Assembly (NCBI GenBank): GCA_021647375.1
Contig: JAKIUV010000003.1
Coordinates: 5,528 to 69,527 of the forward strand
Direction: 5' to 3'
Source of the DNA: Robiginitomaculum sp.
GTDB lineage: Bacteria > Pseudomonadota > Alphaproteobacteria > Caulobacterales > Maricaulaceae
Length of the DNA: 64,000 nucleotides
Shown here: one piece after another, positions 17,515 through 27,000 of the stretch
Numbering within the stretch: position 1 is the first letter of the stretch
Layout: every line of letters starts with the position of its first letter
Translations under genes and position numbers: made by a program
The notes under the pieces: model-generated
The model's database searches: none
Told to the model about the DNA's origin: nothing
The model's input: only the letters and a program-made list of their open reading frames with translations

Positions 17515-20500
17515 TTACTCCGCGAAATCGTGTTCTATGTTGGCGGTGAAACTTTCTGATTGTCTGCGCAGGAATAGCCGAGCCGAGCCGCGTTTTATGT
17601 CTGCACCGATACCGTAGAGGGCGGGGACAAAGAATAGGGTGACGAACAGGGCGAACAGCACACCGAAGGCCAAGGCTATACCGACCGGGATTAGCCATTG
17701 AGCCTGGATGGAGCGTTCCATCATCAGCGGCACAAGGCCGACGAATGTGGTCAGCGAGGTTAGTAATATCGGGCGGAACCTTTTGGTGCCTGCTTCGATC
17801 AAAGCTTGCGCCCCGTCCATGCCTTTATCGCGCAGTTTATGCACATAATCCAAAAGCACCAAATTATCATTGACCGCCACACCCGCCGCCGCGCTTATGC
17901 CCAGATAGGACATCAAAGACAAAGGTTGTCCCATAATTAGATGACCGACAATGGCTCCGGTGAAGCAAAACGGCATGGCCGCCAGTAAGATAAGGGTAGG
18001 CTCCCAATAGGATCTAAAGGCGACGGCGATGAGAAAATATGCGACGAGAAGAGCAATGCCGCCGAACCGCAATAATTCGCCCATAAATTCGGCCTCGCCT
18101 TGGGCGCGGCCAATATTGCCTCGCGTGACATCGGGGTGGCGTAGGTCAAACCCTTCGAAGAAGTCTTCCTTCAGGGTGTCGCGTATTTCGTTTATCCGCT
18201 CAGGCAGAACTTCGGCAGAGACAATAACCGCCCTTTGTCTTTCCCGGCGCAGAATTTGCGACACGCCTTTATCAAACCGCAGGTCGGCAACCGCCGCCAA
18301 TGGCACTTCGCGGCCATCATTGGCGCGAATACGAATTTGGCCAAGGAAGTCCAAACTCTCGCGGTCGCTGCGCGGATACCGCACATAGACCCGCACATCT
18401 TCGCCGTCCCTAGGCAGACGCTGTACTTCTTCACCAAAAAAACCTTGGCGGACTTGGCGGGCAATTATAGCCTGCGTAATGCCGAGAGCTTCGGCGCCGG
18501 GCTTCAGTTCAAAACGCACTTCATCGGCGCTACTTTCGCTGTCATTAATAACATTGAACACACCTTCATAAGAGCGAAGTTTCGACATTAAATCGTCGGC
18601 AGCTGCATTTAGTGCGTCTAAATTTTGTGAATTAAGCACGTATTGGATAGCCGGGTCGTTATTGTTATCCTTGTAATTGACCTCTATTTTCTCGGCGTCT
18701 GGGATTTCACCCATTAAGACACGTAAGCGGTCAGCCGCAGCTTTGGCCGTTAGACTGCGGGTTTCCGGCGGCACCAATTTGACCAAGGCCAGAACCTGAT
18801 TATCTCTTGAGCGGGTATACCAGTTTTCTATGAGCTTGCCCTCGCCTTTAGTACTTTCATTGATCTCTTCGACCAAAGCTCTTTCCGCCACTTGGATCTT
18901 CTCCAAGACTTGTAAAGTGCGGCTATAGGGCGTGCCTTCTGGCAGGTCGACGGTGATAGAAATTTGATCCGATTCGCTCTCCGGCATAAAGGATGTTTTG
19001 ACAATGCCATTGGTCAACAGGCCTATGGACAAAAGCATGGCTCCGACAAATGTTGCCGCCGTTAGGTAGCGGCGACGCAAAGTAAATATCATGACGGGAC
19101 GATACCAGTTATGGGCGGCCCAAACCATGCTGTCCGCCAAGCGGTTTTGGAAACGGGTCAATGGGTTTTTAGGGTTCACTGGTTTTAAGTGGGATAAATG
19201 CGCTGGTAATATCAACAGACTTTCGATTAGTGAAAATGTCAAAGCCAGTATTACCACAAGCGAAATCGCACGGGTGAACTCTTTGGTCGGACCCGATAAA
19301 AACATCCAAGGCGCAAAGAATATCATGGTTGTCAATACGGCAAAAATCACAGGCTTGACCACCATTTTCGTGCCGTTGACCGCCGCCTCTAATCCGGTTT
19401 CGCCCTCTTCGGTTCGCGCATGTATGGCCTCGCCGACAATGATCGCATCATCAACGATTACCCCCAATACCAGCAAGAAAGCGAAAGTGGAAATCATATT
19501 AAACGAGACGCCATTTATGGGCAAAAATGCCAGCCCGCCTGCAAAGGCAACGGTAATGCCGACCGCGACCCAAAACGCTATCCTGAACCGTAAGAACATG
19601 ATGAGGGTGATAAAGACCAACACCAAGCCCATAGAAAAATTTGAGGTAATTGTATGCATACGGCCAGAGTACACTTCCGAATTATCGTTCCACAATGTCA
19701 TGCTGATACCGGGCGGGAGATCCTTCGATGCTTTTTCAATATAGCCTTTGACCGCATCTGCCATTTTGACGATGTCCATATTGGAACCGCTCATGATTTG
19801 CACCAAGATTGTATGCTCGCCGTTAACTGTGGCCATCAAATTAACTTGTTCAAACCCGTCGATAACTGTGGCCACATCGGAGACACGCACTACGGCACCA
19901 CTGGAGGTTTGGCGGATTATAATTTGCTCAAACTCTTCGCGGGTGTCCGCCAAATTACGGGTGCGGAGCTGCACATTACCAATGCCTGTGCGTACCGTAC
20001 CCGAAGAGGAATTTACCGATGTTGCCCGCACGGCAGCCGCGACTTCACCCAGCGTTAAACCATAAGACTTAAGCGCCGTCTCGGAAACTTCAATAGATAC
20101 TTCCTCGCCGCGCACGCCAAATAACCCGACGGACGGAACATAGGGTAAGAGCGCCATTTCGCGGCGGATTTTCTCTGCTGTCCGCTTGAGGAGCCGCTCA
20201 TCAACTTCGCCGGAAACCGCGACCCGGATGACTTCGCTTCGGTTCTCGAACCTACTGACAACAGGTGGCTCTGCGGCGGCGGGGAAGCCGTTTATAGAAT
20301 CGACTCTTTGTTTGATGTCCTGGACAAAGGCCGCGCCGTCTATGTCTTGCTTGCCAATAACCCAAACGAAACCGGCGCCCTCTTGAGCTTCGGCCCATAA
20401 CCTATCTATGCCTTTAACTTGTGACGTGGCTTCTTCGAGGCGGACAACAATTTGCTCCTCAATATCTTGGGGAGATGCACCGAGCCAGGTTACCTGCACC

Positions 20501-20640
20501 ATTGCACCCGGAAACTCCACATAGGGTTCCATTTCTTTTTCAATGGTGATTAAGCTGAAAATGCCGCCAATCAAAATAATGACCATCAGCAGATTGGCGG
20601 CAACTGTGTTTTCCGCCCACCATTTTATGATTGTGCTCAT
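17515..20640 (-). CDS. RND-family efflux transporter, inner-membrane permease (AcrB-like)
   Basis: 1041 aa with 12-TM/two-loop organisation; typical N-terminus (IIKWWAENTVAANLLMVIILIGG); conserved VDDAIIVGE. Confidence 0.9.
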   Translation of the reverse strand: MSTIIKWWAENTVAANLLMVIILIGGIFSLITIEKEMEPYVEFPGAMVQVTWLGASPQDIEEQIVVRLEEATSQVKGIDRLWAEAQEGAGFVWVIGKQDIDGAAFVQDIKQRVDSINGFPAAAEPPVVSRFENRSEVIRVAVSGEVDERLLKRTAEKIRREMALLPYVPSVGLFGVRGEEVSIEVSETALKSYGLTLGEVAAAVRATSVNSSSGTVRTGIGNVQLRTRNLADTREEFEQIIIRQTSSGAVVRVSDVATVIDGFEQVNLMATVNGEHTILVQIMSGSNMDIVKMADAVKGYIEKASKDLPPGISMTLWNDNSEVYSGRMHTITSNFSMGLVLVFITLIMFLRFRIAFWVAVGITVAFAGGLAFLPINGVSFNMISTFAFLLVLGVIVDDAIIVGEAIHARTEEGETGLEAAVNGTKMVVKPVIFAVLTTMIFFAPWMFLSGPTKEFTRAISLVVILALTFSLIESLLILPAHLSHLKPVNPKNPLTRFQNRLADSMVWAAHNWYRPVMIFTLRRRYLTAATFVGAMLLSIGLLTNGIVKTSFMPESESDQISITVDLPEGTPYSRTLQVLEKIQVAERALVEEINESTKGEGKLIENWYTRSRDNQVLALVKLVPPETRSLTAKAAADRLRVLMGEIPDAEKIEVNYKDNNNDPAIQYVLNSQNLDALNAAADDLMSKLRSYEGVFNVINDSESSADEVRFELKPGAEALGITQAIIARQVRQGFFGEEVQRLPRDGEDVRVYVRYPRSDRESLDFLGQIRIRANDGREVPLAAVADLRFDKGVSQILRRERQRAVIVSAEVLPERINEIRDTLKEDFFEGFDLRHPDVTRGNIGRAQGEAEFMGELLRFGGIALLVAYFLIAVAFRSYWEPTLILLAAMPFCFTGAIVGHLIMGQPLSLMSYLGISAAAGVAVNDNLVLLDYVHKLRDKGMDGAQALIEAGTKRFRPILLTSLTTFVGLVPLMMERSIQAQWLIPVGIALAFGVLFALFVTLFFVPALYGIGADIKRGSARLFLRRQSESFTANIEHDFAE

Positions 20641-21914
20641 TGTCCCGCCTCCTGCTCACCGGAGATTTGGGCTTTGTCGTCTGCATCGCTAAAATCCGCC
20701 AATTCAATTTTCATGCCCTCAGCTACGCCGCGTATGGGCGATGTAATGACCTGCTCTCCGGACGAAAGCCCAGCGCTAATCACCACCATGTCTTTGCTGG
20801 AGGAGGCAACTTTTACGGTGCGCAGGGACAAGGTTTTGTCATCATTGGCGATATAAACCGTATCAGACCCGCGCAGAGCTGTGCGCGGCACGACGATACT
20901 GTTGACGACTTCGCGCCCGGCAATATGTACATTAACGAACAGACCCGATGCCAACGGAACTCCGTTGTCGGCACCTTTACCGTAAGGGTCATGGACTACG
21001 GCATAGGCAAAGAGTACGCGCGTTGCCGAATCGTAACTGGAGCTAATCCGGGTGATGCGGCCTTGCCATGTGTGCGGCTCTCCGGCGACTGTGGCTGATA
21101 ATTTGACCTCTGGCCCGGGCTTTGCTTTGGTCGACATAAAGCCAATGCCGAGGCCCAGCCTTGCCATATCAACATCCGTAAGCGGTAATTTAACTTCGGC
21201 GATGGCGACGCCGTAAACCCGACCGATATTTTGTCCTGCCGAAATGGTATCACCGAGGCTTACGAACCTTTCGCGCACCCGACCATCAAATGGTGCGTAG
21301 ACCACCGTGCGGCTTTGTTGCAATTTGGCTTCGCCGAGCTGGGCTTGGGCGGCGGCAAGACGAGCGCGGGCTTCGGCCATTTGCGGTTCGCGCAGGGTCA
21401 GCGCCGAGGCTTTACCCTCACCCAAATCGTCCCAATCGCGCCGCGCAATGTCCGATTCGGATATTTCGCGGGTAAGCACGGTTTGCGCTTGGGCTACATT
21501 CGCGTCGGCCTGTGTGACCCGCAGATCATATTCAGCTGATTCGAGCCTCAGGATAACCTGGCCCTTTGTAAACTGGCCACCTTCGAGGAAGTCCGGCGCC
21601 AACCAAACAACCCGACCGCCAACCTGTGCAGCCAAATTAATCTCTGTGCGCGGACGAACCTCGCCTTGGGACGCTACGGATAATTCGACTGAACGGTTCT
21701 CCGCAAAGGCTGTAACCACAGGGGTGGCGCTTGGTGGTTCGTTCTTGGTTTCGGCTTTGGGTTTTAATTTGCCCATGAACATAATACCTGCGGCAGCCGC
21801 AAACAGAACAATGAGGGGGAGTGCAAATTTCAAGGCGCGCACCAAAAAGCTTTTTTTGGGACGCTCATAGTGTTCATTACTTGTATCAGACATTGTATCA
21901 TTACCGTGTGCCAT
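20637..21914 (-). CDS. RND efflux periplasmic adaptor (membrane fusion protein, HlyD-like)
   Basis: 425 aa; N-terminal TM anchor; coiled-coil hairpin (AEARARLAAAQAQLGEAKL); 4-nt overlap with the RND gene. Confidence 0.85.
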   Translation of the reverse strand: MAHGNDTMSDTSNEHYERPKKSFLVRALKFALPLIVLFAAAAGIMFMGKLKPKAETKNEPPSATPVVTAFAENRSVELSVASQGEVRPRTEINLAAQVGGRVVWLAPDFLEGGQFTKGQVILRLESAEYDLRVTQADANVAQAQTVLTREISESDIARRDWDDLGEGKASALTLREPQMAEARARLAAAQAQLGEAKLQQSRTVVYAPFDGRVRERFVSLGDTISAGQNIGRVYGVAIAEVKLPLTDVDMARLGLGIGFMSTKAKPGPEVKLSATVAGEPHTWQGRITRISSSYDSATRVLFAYAVVHDPYGKGADNGVPLASGLFVNVHIAGREVVNSIVVPRTALRGSDTVYIANDDKTLSLRTVKVASSSKDMVVISAGLSSGEQVITSPIRGVAEGMKIELADFSDADDKAQISGEQEAGQ

Positions 21915-22154
21915 GTTGACCTCTTTGCTATCTATTTTCTCTAGTCATAACCATTTATTATCGTAAATCAATATTTATTATTGAAAAACAATAAATAAGC
22001 TATGATAAACGAGATGGTATGAACGCATGAAATTGCAGATATTCAAAAATTACGGCGAAATTACAGCCTGATTCAAACATTATTAAGCACTAACACTCAT
22101 AGTGGTTTTGATGTTGGATAATTTTACCAGCTTCGTAAAGAAAAGAGACTTCTT

Positions 22155-22631
22155 ATGTACCGTAAAGTATTTTGTTCATTGGCAATATTGGCGACTGGTT
22201 TTGCCGCACCTGCTTTCGCACTCACTGCATCGCAAACAGTGGAGCGCGAAGTTGTCGTGCGCAATGTAGACGGTAGCCAGACAATTACCCGCGAAGCAGC
22301 GGATAAGGTCACGCCGGGCGATAAAGTCATTTATTCTCTCAATTACTATAATGACGCTGCTGAACCCGCTGAGAATATTGTATTGGTTATGCCAATACCC
22401 GGCGAGATCGATTATATTGATGGCAGTGCCGATACCAAACAGGCAATTAGCACCTATTCAGTCGACGATGGTAAGGTTTTTGCCAAGCGTGACGATTTAC
22501 GCGTATTACAAGCGGACGGCAGCGAACGTGCGGCGCGGGCTGAGGATATTACCCATATCCGCTGGACGATTAAGGACGCGGTTGCACCGAAAGCCAGCGG
22601 TACACTCTCTTTTAGTGGCCGTTTGCAATAG
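22155..22631 (+). CDS. secreted single-domain DUF11-like protein (158 aa)
   Basis: Signal peptide ending AFA. DUF11-type motif: VTPGDKVIYSLNYYNDAAEPAENIVLVMPIPGEIDYIDGS. Confidence 0.55.
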   Translation: MYRKVFCSLAILATGFAAPAFALTASQTVEREVVVRNVDGSQTITREAADKVTPGDKVIYSLNYYNDAAEPAENIVLVMPIPGEIDYIDGSADTKQAISTYSVDDGKVFAKRDDLRVLQADGSERAARAEDITHIRWTIKDAVAPKASGTLSFSGRLQ

Positions 22632-22806
22632 AACTGCCCAAAATCTGTCCAGTCTGGACGTAGTGTATATTAGCAAAATCTTATATATAAATACAAAAAT
22701 ATCCACTCAAGCGTCATTTAACCATATTTTTACCATGCTGATAAGAGTGCCCTTAACCATTTTCCCCTAAAACCCTCCCATCACTACTAGAAAAAAGGAA
22801 CGTGGG

Positions 22807-23907
22807 ATGACTAAATTGGGAACAATAACCAAAGGATTGCTGGGAGCTACAGCAATATCTTTATTTACAGCGTCGAACGCATTTGCGGGCGGAACTGCAG
22901 CAGGTACGAACGTACAAAACACATTTACTCTGGATTATCAGGTCTCTGGTACAAGCCAACCAACAATTGACAATACAGGAACGCCGACGGAATTTACTGT
23001 TGACCGTTTGGTCGATTTGACCGTTGCCAGTAGTGGCGACACGACGGTTGCTCCAGGTGCGACGAACCAGGAACTGGTCTTTACCGTTACAAATAATGGT
23101 AATGACACGCAGGCATATAGCTTTGCATTGGTCAACGAAGCAGGCGACCAATTTGATACAACGGGTCTGAATATCAACTATATTATTGATAACGGCACGG
23201 GCGGCGTCTGTGATGCAACAGATCTTGCTGGCACAACAACAGCTTATACGCCGGGTAGCGGTGCAGCTTCGGCTGACCTTGCTGCTGATGCAGTCATTTG
23301 TGTGATTGTAGACGGCGACATTCCGGCAGTTCTTGTTGACGCGGACACGTCGGACATTTCATTGGTATCTGATACGCTTCAACCAACAACAGGTGGTTCG
23401 CCGGGTACAGCTGTAGTAGCTGATGCTGGTGGTAATACACTTACTGGTGCTGCTGAAAACGTATTGGCTGACCTTTCGGGTACAGCCAACGAAGTTGCTA
23501 ATGCTGGTGATCACTCCGCAACAGGTACATATATCGTAGCGTCTGCCGATTTGACAGCTTCCAAAGCTGTCACCGTCTTTACGCAAGATGGTACCGGTTG
23601 CACAACTATTCCCGGTACACCGGGCGTTGGCGACCAGTATTCAGTACCAGGCGCATGTGTTGAATATGTGATTACAGCCGAAAACACAGGGGCAGTTGCT
23701 TCTGCGACCAATATCGCAATTGCTGATGTGTTGCCTGATGAACTTGAATTCATCAATGCAACACCAAGTGGTTTTAGCGGCGGGACATTTACACAACCTG
23801 CTCCAAACACAAATTGCAGTGGCGGTGCATGTACGGTGAGCTTAACTGGTGCGACACTGACAGCTGGATCAACAGGTACAATCACAATCCGTGCCTTGGT
23901 TCAGTAG
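22807..23907 (+). CDS. secreted Thr/Gly/Ala/Asp-rich protein with a C-terminal DUF11 domain (366 aa; candidate major surface subunit)
   Basis: Signal peptide ending AFA. Motif: VPGACVEYVITAENTGAVASATNIAIADVLPDELEFINAT. Followed by an 11-bp hairpin. Confidence 0.6.
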   Translation: MTKLGTITKGLLGATAISLFTASNAFAGGTAAGTNVQNTFTLDYQVSGTSQPTIDNTGTPTEFTVDRLVDLTVASSGDTTVAPGATNQELVFTVTNNGNDTQAYSFALVNEAGDQFDTTGLNINYIIDNGTGGVCDATDLAGTTTAYTPGSGAASADLAADAVICVIVDGDIPAVLVDADTSDISLVSDTLQPTTGGSPGTAVVADAGGNTLTGAAENVLADLSGTANEVANAGDHSATGTYIVASADLTASKAVTVFTQDGTGCTTIPGTPGVGDQYSVPGACVEYVITAENTGAVASATNIAIADVLPDELEFINATPSGFSGGTFTQPAPNTNCSGGACTVSLTGATLTAGSTGTITIRALVQ

Positions 23908-23923
23908 CTATATAATTTAATTC

Positions 23924-23950
23924 AATCTGCGGCGCAAGTCGTCGCAGATT
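23924..23950 (+). terminator. stem-loop after the 366-aa gene (no U-tract; possible partial terminator or mRNA stabiliser)
   Basis: aatctgcggcg-caagt-cgtcgcagatt: an 11-bp stem (one G-U pair) with a 5-nt loop. Confidence 0.4.
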
Positions 23951-24022
23951 ATAACAAAAAAGCATTTCATGAAAACCCGGCACCAAGCGTAACCCGTTTG
24001 GTGAGCATAGCTAAAAACATGG

Positions 24023-27000
24023 GTGAAATGTAGGACAAGAATGGTGAGCAGTCGCATCTTAACGTGGGTAAGGTGTCTGGTATTTGTTGCCTTGGGGCTA
24101 ATCGTCAGTGTTGGCGGTTTGGCGCAAGCAACAATACTCGGACAAACGGTTACCAATGTTGCCTCCGTCAGTTATGACGTGGACGGCGGCGGATCTGTTA
24201 CTGTGGTTACAAATCCGGCTATTTTTGTTATCTCCGCAGAGCGCACCGATTCCACCATAGATTTTTTTAGATACGCCCCCAACGCACCCGAAGCCGTTAA
24301 TGTTCAGATTAACGGTGCTGACTATTCGCCTCTCGGGCATACCCCCGGCCCCTTTGTTGCTATGCCCGCCCCGGAACGCACGGCGGGTGTGCCCTTAAAT
24401 ATTAGCACACCCATACCGTTGATCCCAGCGAGTACATATTTTTCTGGTGAACTTATGTTCGTGCGCGTGCGCGACCTTGGCCAAAACGGCGACCAAAACC
24501 GGATTGAAACAGTCATAATTACGGTTTTAACGGCGGACGGGGACGAAATTTGCTTGCGTTTGTACGAATCCGGATTGGACACTGGAGAATTTTGGGCTTG
24601 GGTGCCCTCTAGTCGCGACACGACGCCTAAAAATGACCCGGTTCTCACGACGCCTCAAGGGACAACGCTAACGGCGACTTATATCGATAGCTTTGATGCT
24701 ACTGAAATTTCCATTGATACGGCTTTGGTTGATCCATATGGCCGGGTTTTCAATGGTGTTACGGGTGATTATGTGGATAATGCCCGTGTCACGCTGATCG
24801 ACGCTGTCACTGGGCAGCCCGCGAATGTCTTCGGCATAGACGGGGTTTCTCGTTACCCAAACAGCGTTCTGACAGGGCAGGATACAACGGATGCCAGCGG
24901 TTTGGTTTACGACATTAGACCCGGTGAATTCCGCTTTCCTCTTGCCCCGGTCGGCGAATATTTTATCCGCGTCGATCCGCCGCAAGGTTTTAGCTTTGCC
25001 TCGTCTTTAACCACTGCCGACTTTACAAATTTGACCAATGCGCCATTCGTTATTGAAACTAACGCGTCTTACGGACGTAATTTCACCTTAAATAGCTCTG
25101 GCCCTCTGAATTTTGATATTCCGCTCGATGCGGAGACCGATTTTGTTATCGCGAAATCATCAGAGCTTCGTGCTGGCGATATTGGTGACTTTGTCCCCTA
25201 TACAATTACAGTAGAAAACCGTGGACAGGCAGGCTCGCCCGTCGTTTTGGTCGATAGCTTGCCTCAAGGGTTTAAATATGTTGCCGGGTCAAGCACACTT
25301 GATACGCAGAAAGTAGCGGATCCGGAAATATCAGTAAGTGGCAATAAATTGACATATCGCCCTGGAATTTTACGCACAGGCGAAACATTTAAACTGACAT
25401 ATGTTTTGGAAATTGGTGCCGGTGCGGGAACAGGCGAAGCTATCAATGCGGTTGTCGCCTTGGACGGGAATAATGCGCCTGTATCCAATGTCGCAAGATA
25501 TAGCTTAACTTTACGCGAAGATTTACTGCGCTCGACCAGCACATTGATTGGCCGTGTGGCAGAATACGCCTGTAATGGTGATGAAGACTGGGCAAGAGAA
25601 ATTGAAAATGGAACGGGTGTAAAAGGCGTCCGTCTCTATATGGAAACGGGCGCTTACGCGATTACGGACGAGGACGGGCTGTATAATTTCGGCGGAGTAA
25701 AAACCGGAACCCATGTTGTGCAAATTGACACAGAAACCTTGCCTGAGGGTTATGAGGTTATGACCTGTGAGGAAAGCACCCGTTATGCAGGCAAGCCGTA
25801 TTCGCAGTTCATAGAAATCCAAGGCGGCGGTCTATGGCGCGCCAACTTCTATCTCAAAAACACAGGCGGGACAGAAGCCTTAAAACAAGAAGTAGAATTT
25901 AATGACCGTACAGAGTATAGAAGTTTTGATGCCGCATGGCTCGACACACAGACACCAGACCTTGAATGGGTCTATCCTAGCCCGGTACGCACGCCGTCAA
26001 CACCATCGGTAAATATCGGTATTAAACACGCACCAGGCCAGAAAATTGACCTGCAAGTTAATGGGCGCTCCGTCCCGACTGCAAATTTCGAAGCCCGCGA
26101 TAGCAACAGAACCCGCACGGTCATGATGAGCAGGTGGCGGGGTGTGGACATTCTCGAAGGTCAAAACACATTCAATATTGCCGTGAAAAATGCCGTAGGT
26201 GAAACCATCAAAACCATGACGCGCGATATTCATTATGCAAAAACAATTGCCCGCGCCTATACTTTGCCCGACCAGTCTAAACTGGTCGCTGATGGTCGCA
26301 CTACACCTATATTGGCAGTACGGCTCGAAAACGCGGCAGGAAGACCTGTTCACGCAGGACGAATTGCACAAATTGATATTGCTGCGCCCTATAGGCTTTA
26401 CAATAAATCACGCTTGGAGGGGGCGGAGGAGCTTGTGTCGCCAAACTCTGCTCGGGCCAACATTGTTGCGGGCGCTGACGGCATTGCCCGTATTGAATTG
26501 GAGCCAACTCTACAAGCCGGGAAAGTCACTATCATTGTTACATTAGACAATGGCCGAAAATTGGAACTGTTCATGTATCTGGAGCCAGAGAAGCGCGACT
26601 GGATTATTGTCGGCTTGGCTGAGGGCAGTGTCGCCTATAACAGCCTAAAAAACAAATCTGTCGCATTGGTGGCGGGTGCTGCCGACGATTTAACCTCCGA
26701 CGGGCGTGTTGCCTTTTTTGCCAAAGGCTTGATCAAAGGCGACTGGATGCTCACACTGGCAGTGGATACAGATAAACGGCGCGGTAATCGTGATGGCGGC
26801 TTCAGAACCGAAATTGACCCGAACGCCTATTACACGCTCTATGGTGATCGCTCTTACAATGAATTTGAAGCCGCCAGCCGTTATCCCGTCTATATTAAGT
26901 TGGAAAAAAAGCGTTTTTATGCAATGTTTGGCGACTTTAACACCAATATTACCGAAGGTAAATTGACCCGCTATAATCGTCATTTATCCGGGATTAAATC

